Source: Nitrospinaceae bacterium (GTDB lineage: Bacteria; Nitrospinota; Nitrospinia; Nitrospinales; VA-1). From it: a stretch of 64,000 bases of DNA. The notes under the pieces are model-generated. The model was not told the origin of the DNA. It saw only the letters and a program-made list of their open reading frames with translations, and made no database searches. The number at the start of each line of letters is the position of its first letter. Position 1 is the stretch's first letter. Below, piece after piece: positions 50,416 through 60,030 of the stretch. The position numbers and the translations under genes are program-made. The stretch covers positions 768,218 to 832,217 of the forward strand of contig BQJC01000001.1 of assembly GCA_021604505.1 (NCBI GenBank). Reading direction: 5' to 3'.

Positions 50416-51033
50416 ATGAATATTCTCTCACCACTTTTAATCGCACTTCTTCTTTCTGGATGCTTCGCTCAAACACTTAATAAAAGCCACGCCAATAGAT
50501 ATTATTCTTATGCGGTCCAGAGTGAAAAAGAGGGAAATTGGTTTGAAGCCCGAAAGGGATTCGCGCGCGCTTGGACAAATGTTACCCTGGCACATGGTGG
50601 AGATGAAGCGATTGCAGCGGTTGCCTACGAATATGGTCGTACATCAGGCGTGATTTGTGATTGGGAAGAAGCAGAAAGAGGCCTCCTGGAGTCCTATAAA
50701 TTCCACAAAAATACTCATAGTCCTACTTTGGTAGAGTTGGCAAGAATGTATCATGCCCATGGAGACCTAAATAAGTCTGAGGAATTTTTTCATTTAGCTA
50801 AAGAAGCGTTAGAAAAAAATCCCGCCACACTTAATATGTTTCCTATTGATTTCGCCAATTTTCTTGCAGAATTTGCGGCAGTTCTAAGCTCATTAGGCAA
50901 ACTTAAAGAAGCGGAGCAAATAGTAAAAAGTGAAAAAGAAGTCCGAAATAAATACAAGGGAAATTCCACCTTTCAAAATCCCACTCCATATGGAAGGTTT
51001 TGCCACCAAAACCCTCGCCATAAGCCAACATAA
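50416..51033 (+). CDS. Hypothetical lipoprotein with TPR-like helical repeats
   Basis: Has the lipobox LLLSGC after a short signal peptide and RBS GAGG upstream. The region is AT-rich. Confidence 0.55.
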   Translation: MNILSPLLIALLLSGCFAQTLNKSHANRYYSYAVQSEKEGNWFEARKGFARAWTNVTLAHGGDEAIAAVAYEYGRTSGVICDWEEAERGLLESYKFHKNTHSPTLVELARMYHAHGDLNKSEEFFHLAKEALEKNPATLNMFPIDFANFLAEFAAVLSSLGKLKEAEQIVKSEKEVRNKYKGNSTFQNPTPYGRFCHQNPRHKPT

Positions 51034-51144
51034 ATCGCCCAAATACCAAGTGTATCAAACAAATTCTCCTAATTTTAGCATTGCTGTGATTTAAAGTAGA
51101 ATCACATACAAATATTGATAGCTCTTTCAGAAGAGGAACTAAAA

Positions 51145-51699
51145 ATGGTGAAGAGTAAATTTTTTATTTTAACAATTTTTTTATTATTTATTTCCAATTG
51201 TGCAACTTCCTATGGGCCTGGAAGAATTGATATTAAGGATACATTCAGTATTGACTTTGAAAATACTTGGAAATCTCCACACGACCCCAAGAGTGATTAT
51301 CTTTTGCTGACAAGTGCCGATGGAAAATCAGAGTTTAAGATGGAATTTTTTTCTGGGCTAGAGGACGGTAAACCATTGTATTATTGGACTAAAGGAAATA
51401 ATTTTAGAAAAAATATGACCAACAAACAGATAGCCTTATTGTATTCAGATGCAATGGCAATTACTGGTTTTGAAAATGAAGTTTCCAAAATTGAACCGAG
51501 TAAGATAGGGCCTTTTGATGGGTTTATGTTTGAAGTTAAAATGAATAAAAAAGGGAAGAATGTTAGGAGTTTGGTCGCAGGAATGGTAATTGATGAAAAA
51601 CTTTTTTTGATTCAATTTGAGGTTGAGGAAGAAAAATTATTCCTTAAACACATTGGGTTTTTCAAGGCAATGCTTGCATCGATTAAAAGTATTGAATAA
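51145..51699 (+). CDS. Hypothetical lipoprotein
   Basis: Has a signal peptide with lipobox FISNC and RBS AGAGGA upstream. The region is AT-rich and no family is recognised. Confidence 0.55.
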   Translation: MVKSKFFILTIFLLFISNCATSYGPGRIDIKDTFSIDFENTWKSPHDPKSDYLLLTSADGKSEFKMEFFSGLEDGKPLYYWTKGNNFRKNMTNKQIALLYSDAMAITGFENEVSKIEPSKIGPFDGFMFEVKMNKKGKNVRSLVAGMVIDEKLFLIQFEVEEEKLFLKHIGFFKAMLASIKSIE

Positions 51700-51845
51700 T
51701 TTCAAGGTGTAGCATTTAAAGTAAAAAGCTAAGAGATTCTTTCTGCAGCCGAATGTCCGCTATTGGCTGCGGTCTTTCAGGACCCGAGAACGTCTGACAC
51801 TGTCTTTTATATTGGAGTCAACTACTACCACTTAGTGTACTTTTC

Positions 51846-52655
51846 TTATTTCTTCTTAGCATCCTGCCAATATTTCTCCATTTCATCGAGTGGCGTGTCC
51901 TTTAACACTTTGCCCTTTTTGGCCACTTCCCGTTCGATATGTTGAAACCGCTGGATGAATTTATTGTTGGTTTTTCTCAGGGCTTCCTCGGCGTCGATTT
52001 TTTTGTGGCGGGCGATGTTGACCAGGACGAACAGGATGTCGCCCAGTTCACTGGCGATGTCGTCATCTTTGCCTGACAACACGGCTTCCTTGAACTCGGC
52101 GATTTCTTCATCGAGTTTGTCGAACACCGCCGTGATCTGATCCCAGTCGAATCCGTTCTTCGCGGCTTTTTTCTGCAGTTTCTGCGCGCGCAATAATCCG
52201 GGAAGGTGTTTGGGAATGCCGTCGAGCACCGATTCACGTTTGGAATGATTGTCTTCGGTCTTTTTGATTTCCTCCCATTGGTCGACCACCTCATCGGGGG
52301 TGTCCAGTTTTCCATCCTTGAAAACGTGCGGGTGCCGGCGCACCATTTTTTCGCTGATCGAGTCGATGACATCGGAGATATCGAATTCTTTATTTTGCGC
52401 TGAAATTTTGGCGTGGAATAAAATCTGATACAACAGGTCGCCCAGCTCATCTTTGATGTCCTGTGGATTGCCTGCATCGAGGGCTTCGAGGGTTTCGTAA
52501 ACCTCTTCCACCAGATAGGGTTTGAGCGTGTCGTGGGTCTGCACCTTATCCCACGGACAGCCGTTTTCGCTCATCAGCGTGTCGACGATTGCGGTCAGTT
52601 TTTTAAAAGCGGTACCAGGGTCGTTCATTCGTTCTCCTATGGGGTCCAGCGTCAC
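51846..52655 (-). CDS. mazG: Nucleoside triphosphate pyrophosphohydrolase MazG
   Basis: Contains CPWD..QTH.SL..YL.EE.YE and tandem MazG domains with EL.GD.LF. Confidence 0.9.
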   Translation of the reverse strand: MTLDPIGERMNDPGTAFKKLTAIVDTLMSENGCPWDKVQTHDTLKPYLVEEVYETLEALDAGNPQDIKDELGDLLYQILFHAKISAQNKEFDISDVIDSISEKMVRRHPHVFKDGKLDTPDEVVDQWEEIKKTEDNHSKRESVLDGIPKHLPGLLRAQKLQKKAAKNGFDWDQITAVFDKLDEEIAEFKEAVLSGKDDDIASELGDILFVLVNIARHKKIDAEEALRKTNNKFIQRFQHIEREVAKKGKVLKDTPLDEMEKYWQDAKKK

Positions 52656-52660
52656 GCTGG

Positions 52661-53797
52661 TTAATTCATAAATTCGAGAATCACAGAATCCGCCAGGAAC
52701 AACCCCTTGGGTGACAACGCGATCCGGTTTTTATCCAGGGTGATGAGGTTTTTTTCCAGAAGCGGGGGCAGTACATCATCGAACACATTTTCGAACGAGG
52801 TTTGAAACCGCTCTTCAAACGGTTGGATGGCCATGCCCTGAAGCAGTCGCAAACCGAGCATGAGGGTTTCGCCCATCGCCCGGCGCGGCTCGAGCTGTTC
52901 CGAAAACTCGACGGCGTTTCCTTTATTTTCAATTTCCCGGATGTAGCGGGAAGGCAGATTGCAGTTTTTGAATCTTGCGCCGTTCATGTAAGAGGATGCG
53001 CCGGCGCCCAGCCCCAGGCTGTCTCCGTTGTTCCAGTAGATCAGATTGTGCCGGCATTCCTTTCCCGGTTTGCAGAAATTGGATATCTCGTAGTGCCGGT
53101 AACCGGCGTCCGTCAAGGTTTGAATGGTTTTCTTGTAAAACTCCAGTTGAAAATCGTCCGGCGGCATGACCAGTTTTCCGCGGGCGTGTAATTTGTGAAA
53201 GGCGGTTTCCGGTTCGATGGTCAAATTGTAAGTGGACAGGTGCTGAGGATGTTTGCCGAGAGCCTGAGCCAGATTGTCTTCCCAGAGTTCCATCGTTTGG
53301 CCGGGCAGGGCGAACATCAAATCCAGCGACAGATTGTCGAATCCCGCTTCTCGGGCCCGTTCGACGGTCAGGTGGATCTCATCGATGCTGTGTATCCGGT
53401 CGAGCAATTTCAGCTCGTCCTCATGAAACGATTGCACCCCGATACTGATTCGGTTATAACCGGCGGACCGCATGCGCTGAAGCGGCTCGAGGGCGACTGT
53501 GGCCGGGTTGGCCTCAAAAGTGATCTCGCAATCGCCGGAGACATTAAATAGGGTTCGGAGTTTTGCCAATAAATCTTCCAGCAGATGAACCGGCAGGGTG
53601 GTGGGGGTGCCGCCGCCAAAAAAAAGGGTGGTGACTTCCTTCTCAGCCGCTGGACCCTGGGCGTAATGCCGCATTTCCCGGATCAGGGCGTTTGCGTACG
53701 ACTCCATTTCTTCCGTATTGATATTGTGGGAGTTAAAATCGCAATAGCCGCATTTGTGCAGGCAATAAGGAATATGAATGTATAAACCGAAGTTCAT
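52661..53797 (-). CDS. hemW: Radical-SAM haem chaperone HemW (HemN-like, oxygen-independent coproporphyrinogen oxidase family)
   Basis: The sequence GLYIHIPYCLHKCGYCDF begins right after the ATG at 53797. The longer 491-aa ORF is an artefactual upstream extension. Confidence 0.88.
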   Translation of the reverse strand: MNFGLYIHIPYCLHKCGYCDFNSHNINTEEMESYANALIREMRHYAQGPAAEKEVTTLFFGGGTPTTLPVHLLEDLLAKLRTLFNVSGDCEITFEANPATVALEPLQRMRSAGYNRISIGVQSFHEDELKLLDRIHSIDEIHLTVERAREAGFDNLSLDLMFALPGQTMELWEDNLAQALGKHPQHLSTYNLTIEPETAFHKLHARGKLVMPPDDFQLEFYKKTIQTLTDAGYRHYEISNFCKPGKECRHNLIYWNNGDSLGLGAGASSYMNGARFKNCNLPSRYIREIENKGNAVEFSEQLEPRRAMGETLMLGLRLLQGMAIQPFEERFQTSFENVFDDVLPPLLEKNLITLDKNRIALSPKGLFLADSVILEFMN

Positions 53798-53912
53798 GAT
53801 AAAATGGGGTGTTGGTATGAAACGGACTAAAAAATCCCTGCTCCGCCAGCGATCACCCATTATACGGGAAAATCTATCCGCGGAACCACCCCGACACCTA
53901 TGGATTACTTGA

Positions 53913-54815
53913 TTGAAAGTTAAAACGCCATTCAAATCCGGATACGCGAGCCTCATCGGCAGGCCCAATGTCGGAAAATCCACCCTTTTGAACCGCTTGG
54001 TTGCCCAAAAGATCGCGGCGATGTCTGCCAAGCCGCAGACCACCCGCAACAAAATCACCGGTGTCGTGCATCTTCCCGGCGGCCAGATCATTCTCGTGGA
54101 CACGCCGGGAATCCACCAGTCCACCACCAAACTCAATCAGGCCATGGTGAAGGCCAGTTTGAGCACCTATGGGGATGTCGATTTGATCCTGCTGCTGGTC
54201 GACGCCAGCAAGGGTTTCAGCCCGGAGGACGAATATGTCCTGGAATCCATGCGCGGGGTGGAAACGCCGAAAATTCTGATTATCAACAAAATCGATCTGG
54301 TCGCAAAACCTGAGCTTCTGGGATTGATCCAGCGGATGCATGAAACGGCGGCATTTATGGAAATCATTCCCATTTCCGCCCTCAAAAGAGACGGGCTGGA
54401 GCTTCTCATCACGTTGATTCTCAAGTATTTGCCCGACGGCCCGCAATATTTCCCGGAAAGCATGATCACCGATTCTCCCGAGGAATTTTTGATCGCGGAA
54501 ATCATCAGGGAAAAAATTATCAACCAGACGCATTTTGAGGTTCCTTATTCCGTTGCCGTGGTTGTGGAACAAGTTGAAGAAACGGAAAAGGGCGGATTGG
54601 TCATTGATGCTACCGTCTATGCCGAGAAAGCTTCGCAAAAAAAGATATTGATCGGAGAGAAAGGGTCCATGCTGAAAAAAGTGGGAAGTCTGGCCCGTAA
54701 AGAAATCGAGAAACGTTTTGCCGTCAAAGTGTATCTAAATCTATTCGTAAAAGTAAAAACCCATTGGCGCGAAGATGAGCGGTATATAAAGGAATTTGGT
54801 TACTTGCATGATTAA
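53913..54815 (+). CDS. era: GTPase Era
   Basis: Contains KSGYASLIGRPNVGKSTLLN, DTPG and NKID motifs, plus a C-terminal KH domain. The start codon is TTG. Confidence 0.93.
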   Translation: MKVKTPFKSGYASLIGRPNVGKSTLLNRLVAQKIAAMSAKPQTTRNKITGVVHLPGGQIILVDTPGIHQSTTKLNQAMVKASLSTYGDVDLILLLVDASKGFSPEDEYVLESMRGVETPKILIINKIDLVAKPELLGLIQRMHETAAFMEIIPISALKRDGLELLITLILKYLPDGPQYFPESMITDSPEEFLIAEIIREKIINQTHFEVPYSVAVVVEQVEETEKGGLVIDATVYAEKASQKKILIGEKGSMLKKVGSLARKEIEKRFAVKVYLNLFVKVKTHWREDERYIKEFGYLHD

Positions 54816-55572
54816 TCTGAAAACCCAGGAAGAAGTTGACGTCATGCGGGAATCCTGCCAGCTGGCGGCGGAGGTTCTCGTGATGATCGAGCCTTACGTC
54901 AAGCCGGGAGTGACAACTGATCGCTTGAACGATATCTGCCATGACTACATCGTTAGCCACGGTGCGATTCCCTCTCCGCTGAATTACAGAGGATTTCCGA
55001 AGAGTATCTGCTCGTCGGTCAATGAGGAAATCTGCCACGGCATTCCCTCCAGCCGCAAGCTTAGAAACGGGGACATCGTGAATCTGGATATCACCACCTA
55101 CTTTAAGGAGTTTCACGGCGACACCAGCCGGACCTTTTTTGTCGGCTCTCCAAGGAAACGAACCAGCAAATTAGTGGAAACCTGCCGGGAAGCTTTGCAA
55201 AGGGGGATTCAGGCGGTGCGGCTTGGCGGAAGAACAGGAGATATCGGCCACGCGATCCAGGAATTTGTCGAACCCCTTGGATATTCGGTGGTGCGTGAGT
55301 TTTGCGGTCACGGCATCGGCAAAAATTTCCATGAAGAACCGCAGATCCTCCACTTTGGCAACCCCGGAGATGGCGTGGAAATAAAAAAGGGCATGGTGTT
55401 CACCATCGAACCCATGATCAACCAGGGGGGCGCCGACTTAAGAATTCTCTCCGACAAATGGACGGCAGTCACCCAGGACGGTTCCCTGTCCGCGCAGTTT
55501 GAACACACCCTGCACGTCGGGGAAAACGGCGTTGAAGTGCTCACCCGCCTTGATGGGAAAACGGTCTTTTAA
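54808..55572 (+). CDS. map: Type I methionine aminopeptidase
   Basis: Contains HGIP, D.V..D, FHGD, GHGIG, FTIEP and EHT motifs. It overlaps the end of era by 8 nt. Confidence 0.93.
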   Translation: MINLKTQEEVDVMRESCQLAAEVLVMIEPYVKPGVTTDRLNDICHDYIVSHGAIPSPLNYRGFPKSICSSVNEEICHGIPSSRKLRNGDIVNLDITTYFKEFHGDTSRTFFVGSPRKRTSKLVETCREALQRGIQAVRLGGRTGDIGHAIQEFVEPLGYSVVREFCGHGIGKNFHEEPQILHFGNPGDGVEIKKGMVFTIEPMINQGGADLRILSDKWTAVTQDGSLSAQFEHTLHVGENGVEVLTRLDGKTVF

Positions 55573-55860
55573 AAAATCTTTAAAAAAAAATTCTTCTTAC
55601 TATTGATACGGGTTTTCGATACCCGTTCGGCCTCCGTTTCCAAACCCGAATTCCCCTTGGATTTAAGCCTGTTGCAAGACGGCGGCTTTTTTTTCAAACA
55701 AACCGGTGGAATGCAATTGATATCAGTTTTCATTCTTGGGGTTGGTCGTAACCTTTGAAAAAATAATGTCTTGCAAGATTTTTTCCGGTTGCTAAAATGA
55801 TCTCTGGTTGACTGTGTTGTCACAAAAATTCGATGATGAATTTATAAAAAAGGGGGCATT

Positions 55861-56331
55861 ATGCAAGGCGACAAAAGCGTCATCGATGCGCTGAACGATG
55901 TTTTGATGGCGGAACTCACCGCCATCAATATGTATTATATTCATTACAAAATGCAGGAAAACTGGGGCTATAACAAACTGGCGCACCATGCGAAAGAAGA
56001 AACCATGGGAGAGATGAAACACGCCGACAAAATGATCGAACGCATTTTGTATCTGGACGGAACGCCCGATATGGCGAAATACGATACCATCCTGGTGGGC
56101 GGCACCTGCGAAGAGCAATTAAAAAACCAGTACACCCTGGAAACAAAGCATGTGGCCCGCTTACAAAAACACATAGCCCTTTGTATTCAGAAGAGCGACT
56201 TTGGAAGTAAGGAAATTCTGGACGGCATTCTGGAAGATACTGAAGAAAGCTGCGATTGGCTGGAAACCCAGTTTCAACGCATCAAGGACATCGGTATTGA
56301 AAATTATCTCACCGAACACATGCATGAGTGA
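55861..56331 (+). CDS. bfr: Bacterioferritin
   Basis: Contains MQGDKSVIDALNDVL..ELTAIN.Y..H, the haem-ligand Met context (EMKHADK), and ferroxidase residues. Confidence 0.92.
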   Translation: MQGDKSVIDALNDVLMAELTAINMYYIHYKMQENWGYNKLAHHAKEETMGEMKHADKMIERILYLDGTPDMAKYDTILVGGTCEEQLKNQYTLETKHVARLQKHIALCIQKSDFGSKEILDGILEDTEESCDWLETQFQRIKDIGIENYLTEHMHE

Positions 56332-56390
56332 GGTGAACGTCCGCTTTTTTTAAATTGGAAAAATCAGCGCTACGGGAAAAGGAGGGGAGG

Positions 56391-56840
56391 TCATAGAGAA
56401 CCTTCCCTCCTTTTTTTTTGGCATTTGGAACAAGTCCCGTAAATTTCCATCCGATGTTGATTCAGGGTGAATCCGTAAGACTGACAAATTTCGAGCTGAT
56501 ATTTTTCAATCAGCGGATGTTCGAACTCAACGATTTCCCGGCACTGCAGGCAAATGAGATGATCGTGGTGGCCCTGACGATATAACTGCTCAAAAGTTTT
56601 TTGCCCCGCCCCAAGAATATTTTCCCTGGCCAATCCGCATTCCACAAATAGATTCATGGTTCGATACACCGTAGCGATGCCTATGGATGCGTCTTTTTTC
56701 TGCACTTCCAGAAACAAGCTCTCCACCTCAACATGCCCTTCGCTCTCCAAAAAGACCTCTAAAATCGTCTGGCGTTGCGGAGTGAAGCGAAGGTTGCTCT
56801 CGCGCAAATAGCTTTTTAGAATTTCATACTCATTAAACAT
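56391..56840 (-). CDS. fur: Fur-family transcriptional regulator
   Basis: Contains TPQR..IL, ATVYR.L, HHDH and C..C...C..C motifs. Confidence 0.9.
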   Translation of the reverse strand: MFNEYEILKSYLRESNLRFTPQRQTILEVFLESEGHVEVESLFLEVQKKDASIGIATVYRTMNLFVECGLARENILGAGQKTFEQLYRQGHHDHLICLQCREIVEFEHPLIEKYQLEICQSYGFTLNQHRMEIYGTCSKCQKKRREGSL

Positions 56841-56874
56841 AGAATCCGTTGCGGTAAATTTAGTGGTAAATTAA

Positions 56875-56890
56875 AATGATAATCATTCTT
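56875..56890. promoter_or_regulatory. Fur box in the fur / ferredoxin divergent region
   Basis: AATGATAATCATTCTT matches 14 of 16 positions of AATGATAATCATTATC. It lies 35-50 nt upstream of the fur start. Confidence 0.6.
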
Positions 56891-57021
56891 GTTATTTTAT
56901 TGAAAAAATCAAATAAAAAATGTCTTGCGACGGGAGCAGGGGAGGTTAATGAGGCTGGGAAATCAGTAAATTATTGTTAATAAAGCATTTAAAAAATTAT
57001 TGAAAGATCGAAAAAAACTGT

Positions 57022-57069
57022 TTGACAAGAAAGGCTTTGTTGCTTTATATTATATTGAAAATCGTTATC
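57022..57069 (+). promoter_or_regulatory. Promoter of the ferredoxin-like gene with an overlapping Fur box
   Basis: TTGACA (57022-57027), an 18-nt spacer, then TATATT (57046-57051). GAAAATCGTTATC (57057-57069) matches 11 of 13 positions of GATAATCATTATC. Confidence 0.5.
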
Positions 57070-57090
57070 AACTTTATGGGTGGCGACGAG

Positions 57091-57360
57091 ATGAAAAAGC
57101 AATCGATTTCCAGGGATATAAAAGTTTGCTCGGGAGCCGGGTGCAAAGCCTGGTCCTCTGAGAGGATAGCCAGGGAGTTGGAGGGTTTGGAAATGGAAGG
57201 GTACAGGGTTTGCCGGGTGGCCTGCATGAAAAAGTGTGGAGGCGGAGCAACGGTGCAGGCATTAAGTTCCGGGGAGTTGCTCAAAATGCGTGATCCGGAT
57301 GAAGCGATTGACGTCTTGATTAGAGAGATCCCGTCTTTACTGCCCCCAGTCTTTTCTTAA
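57091..57360 (+). CDS. Small thioredoxin-like [2Fe-2S] ferredoxin-type protein (NuoE-like Cys pattern)
   Basis: The Cys spacing is C-x4-C ... C-x3-C-x3-C (VCSGAGC ... VCRVACMKKCGGG). The ATG at 57091 is preferred over TTG 57022, which sits inside the -35 box. Confidence 0.55.
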   Translation: MKKQSISRDIKVCSGAGCKAWSSERIARELEGLEMEGYRVCRVACMKKCGGGATVQALSSGELLKMRDPDEAIDVLIREIPSLLPPVFS

Positions 57361-57395
57361 AAACCAGCCACTTTATATTTTTTTCTTTCACTATT

Positions 57396-57411
57396 GATAA
57401 TGAATTTCATT
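57396..57411. promoter_or_regulatory. Fur-box-like site upstream of the DUF2325 gene
   Basis: GATAATGAATTTCATT matches 13 of 16 positions of GATAATGATAATCATT. Confidence 0.45.
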
Positions 57412-57494
57412 TTAAAAAAATTAACGGAAGGTATCGGTAACCAACAGGCGGGTCAGCTGGCGCAGAGCTTACCCCTGATTAACAGGAGGGTTTC

Positions 57495-57785
57495 ATGAGC
57501 ATTGCAATTCTGGGTGGGTTGGACCGGCTGAAAAAATCCTATGAACAGAAGGGGAGAGATCTCGGCTACAGCGTCAAGGTGTTCAGCCAAAGGGTCCCCA
57601 ATATGGCGCAGCGCTTGACCGGGGTGCATGGGATCGTGATTTTTACCGGAACGGTTGCCCACCACATGGTCGAGGACGCCCGGCGGGTGGCTCGCAAGCA
57701 CAATATTCCCATAGGCCGGACCCAGTCCAGCAGTGTATCGGCTTTCAAAAGGTGTCTTTCCGATATCTCTCTTGCCAGGAGTTGA
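57495..57785 (+). CDS. DUF2325-domain protein
   Basis: Matches the pattern ILGG......Y...G...G.....F...........L.G...VIFTG.V.H......R..A.K..IP, with RBS AGGAGG upstream. Confidence 0.7.
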   Translation: MSIAILGGLDRLKKSYEQKGRDLGYSVKVFSQRVPNMAQRLTGVHGIVIFTGTVAHHMVEDARRVARKHNIPIGRTQSSSVSAFKRCLSDISLARS

Positions 57786-57788
57786 AAA

Positions 57789-58196
57789 ATGGACGCCAAT
57801 CAAAAAAACATATTGTTAATTGATGGAAATAAGAAGGAGCGTTTACCGATCGCTGTCATGTTGACTCGATTTGGCTATAAGGTGCGGATGGTTACCTATG
57901 GAAAAGAAGCGTGGGATTGTCTGCAGTCGGAGGTTTTTGACTTAACCATTGTGAACCATGTCCTGGGAGACATGTCGGGGATGAAATTTTTAGGTCAAAG
58001 TAAAAAAGATAATAATGCCAAAGTTATCTATCTCTCCGATAAAGGGAGTATTGAAGAGTTCATTCAGGTCGTCAATCTGGGGGCCTTTGAATACGTTCGA
58101 AAACCCATCAGTCCTGTCCAGTTTGCTGTTATCGTTTGCGACTTCTTTATCGAAAATCTTGCGGAGTATCAAATTAACTCCAGCGCGTGCTCTTGA
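57789..58196 (+). CDS. Stand-alone receiver-domain protein lacking the phospho-acceptor Asp (Asp-less receiver)
   Basis: The fold is CheY-like (ILLIDG..., VIYLSD, RKP). The D57-equivalent residue is Asn (DLTIVNHVLGDMSG) and the D13-equivalent is Gly. Confidence 0.72.
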   Translation: MDANQKNILLIDGNKKERLPIAVMLTRFGYKVRMVTYGKEAWDCLQSEVFDLTIVNHVLGDMSGMKFLGQSKKDNNAKVIYLSDKGSIEEFIQVVNLGAFEYVRKPISPVQFAVIVCDFFIENLAEYQINSSACS

Positions 58197-58306
58197 ATGG
58201 CGGAATACTTTCGAGGTCTTGAAGATTCTCATTACCTTTTTTGGGAAAAAATAACAATGAGGCAGAGAAAAACCGGGGGTTGGTAATTTGACTCCTGGGT
58301 CTGGAG

Positions 58307-58339
58307 GACAGAGGGGAGTTGCGCCCCCTCTGTCTTTTC
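58307..58339 (+). terminator. Rho-independent terminator after the receiver gene
   Basis: A 10-bp stem GACAGAGGGG/CCCCTCTGTC is followed by TTTTC. Confidence 0.6.
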
Positions 58340-58623
58340 AAGGTCATTTTTTCCGCCAGGCCATTCGCATTGAGCATAAAAAAGAGGAAAGAATATGAAA
58401 ATGATAATTGTCCTCAAATTTATCGCTCCTGTTTCTTAAAAGTTGAAAATTTTCACGTATGCGCAGAGTTTCAATAAGTTATTGAAATGCTTATTTAAAT
58501 TTTACCTTTCAATGAGTTTTCAGCGTTTTTTGGTTGCTATATTCTTTAAATACAGCGATAAAACAAAATTTTTAGTTGACAGAAGTCGTTCTTTTATATA
58601 GATTGTCTTTCTTTTTTAATATA

Positions 58624-58639
58624 AATGATAACCATTTTC
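58624..58639. promoter_or_regulatory. Fur box upstream of the porin gene
   Basis: AATGATAACCATTTTC matches 14 of 16 positions of AATGATAATCATTATC. It lies downstream of a TTGACA at 58576-58581. Confidence 0.55.
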
Positions 58640-58707
58640 AATAAGATTGTTCTAATTTCAAGTTCGTGGATTTGCTTTAAACCTTTAAAGAAGAGGAGAA
58701 AGAATAA

Positions 58708-60006
58708 ATGCGGAAAAAACTTTTAATAACCGCCGTGATGGCTCTTTCGGCCATGATCTGGTGCGCACCGGCATTCGCGGTGGATTTGGATTCGCTTCAG
58801 CGTCAAATCAACGTTCTTACCGATGAACTTGACCGAATGAAACTTGGCGGAGGCGGAGCGGGAACCGAACATGACCGCGTAAAGGTTCACGGTTATGGCG
58901 AATTGCATTTCAACCATCGCCCCGAGGCGGATGCCGGGCGGACGGAAATCGACCAGCATCGCTTTGTCATCGGAGTGCATGCTCTGTTGACGGATTGGAT
59001 TCATCTGAATGCCGAAATCGATTTTGAGCATGCGGCTCAGGAGTTGGAATTTGAATTCGCCTACCTGGATTTTCTTCTCGATCCCAAAATCAATGCCCGG
59101 GCAGGTGTGATGCTGATTCCGGTTGGTTTTTTAAACGAATTTCACGAGCCCAATCTGTTCTGGAGCGTCGAACGTCCGGAATTGCAGAATAAAATCATTC
59201 CGACCACCTGGTCCGGAGCGGGAGCGGGGATTTTCGGGACGCCCATCGAAGGCGTGAATTACCGTCTTTATGCGGTCAATTCCGTGCAGTCCGTTCGTCA
59301 GGCAGGGTTTTCGACCGGATCGGGTTCCGGGGGCAGTGGCGGTCAAGCCGGACGGTTCCGGTCTTCAAGCGGTATCAGAAGCGGACGTCAGCAGATCAAT
59401 TCCCTCATTGCCGAAGACTTTGCGGCGACAGGACGGCTGGAATTGACCAAGTTGTTCCCCGGTCTGCAACTCGGGTTTTCTTTTTATGCAGGCAACACCA
59501 CGCATGACCTGCTCCCCAACGATGAAGGCGGGTTTACTTTCCTGGTAGAAGGCGATGTTAAATACCGATGGCAGTGGTTCGATATGAACGCCACCATTGT
59601 CAATATCGATGTCGATGACGCCAACGCTTTGAATGCTTTTTGTACGAGTCAAAATGCCATCACTGCAGGCACATGTACGGCTGACATTGGAGACAATATA
59701 TTCGGCTGGAACGTTCAGGCGGGTGTCCACCTTCCTCAGTTGTTGGGAATGAACACCTCGCATGACCTGGTTCCCTGGTTCATGTTCGAGCATATCCGAC
59801 CGCAGGACACCGTTCCGACATCGACCGCTCAAACACCGGGCGTCAACTTTGATGTTTATACGTTCGGATTGGCTTATTTGCCCGCTCCTTCGGTTGCGAT
59901 CAAAGCCGATTTTCAGCTTTTCGATTTTGAAAACGCCAATTTTTCTCCAGGCAGTGTAGGTCAATACAAAAGCCAGTTTAATTTGGGAATCGCTTACATG
60001 TATTGA
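58708..60006 (+). CDS. Outer-membrane beta-barrel porin (OprO/P-like or related) with an N-terminal coiled-coil segment
   Basis: Has a signal peptide ending in AFA, alternating beta-strand patterning, and a C-terminal aromatic end (GIAYMY). Confidence 0.72.
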   Translation: MRKKLLITAVMALSAMIWCAPAFAVDLDSLQRQINVLTDELDRMKLGGGGAGTEHDRVKVHGYGELHFNHRPEADAGRTEIDQHRFVIGVHALLTDWIHLNAEIDFEHAAQELEFEFAYLDFLLDPKINARAGVMLIPVGFLNEFHEPNLFWSVERPELQNKIIPTTWSGAGAGIFGTPIEGVNYRLYAVNSVQSVRQAGFSTGSGSGGSGGQAGRFRSSSGIRSGRQQINSLIAEDFAATGRLELTKLFPGLQLGFSFYAGNTTHDLLPNDEGGFTFLVEGDVKYRWQWFDMNATIVNIDVDDANALNAFCTSQNAITAGTCTADIGDNIFGWNVQAGVHLPQLLGMNTSHDLVPWFMFEHIRPQDTVPTSTAQTPGVNFDVYTFGLAYLPAPSVAIKADFQLFDFENANFSPGSVGQYKSQFNLGIAYMY

Positions 60007-60030
60007 TCTTTTATTTGAATCTCGCCCACA

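Noticed and set aside
53798-54638. The upstream 113-codon extension of the hemW ORF (to 54136) and a 246-aa minus-strand ORF opposite era
   Set aside because: The radical-SAM N-terminus (GLYIHIPYC..C..C) begins right at the ATG at 53797. The extension and the 246-aa ORF both overlap the well-supported era gene on the other strand.
55690-55860. Fur box upstream of bfr
   Set aside because: Only weak matches are present (about 10 of 16 positions, e.g. GATATCAGTTTTCATT), which is not better than expected in AT-rich promoter DNA. bfr is often regulated indirectly.
56335-56420. Apparent bidirectional terminator hairpin between bfr and fur (AAGGAGGGGAGG...CCTTCCCTCCTTTTTTTTT)
   Set aside because: The 3' arm and the T-run lie inside the fur coding sequence (encoding ...KKRREGSL). 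The structure may be incidental, so I did not annotate it.
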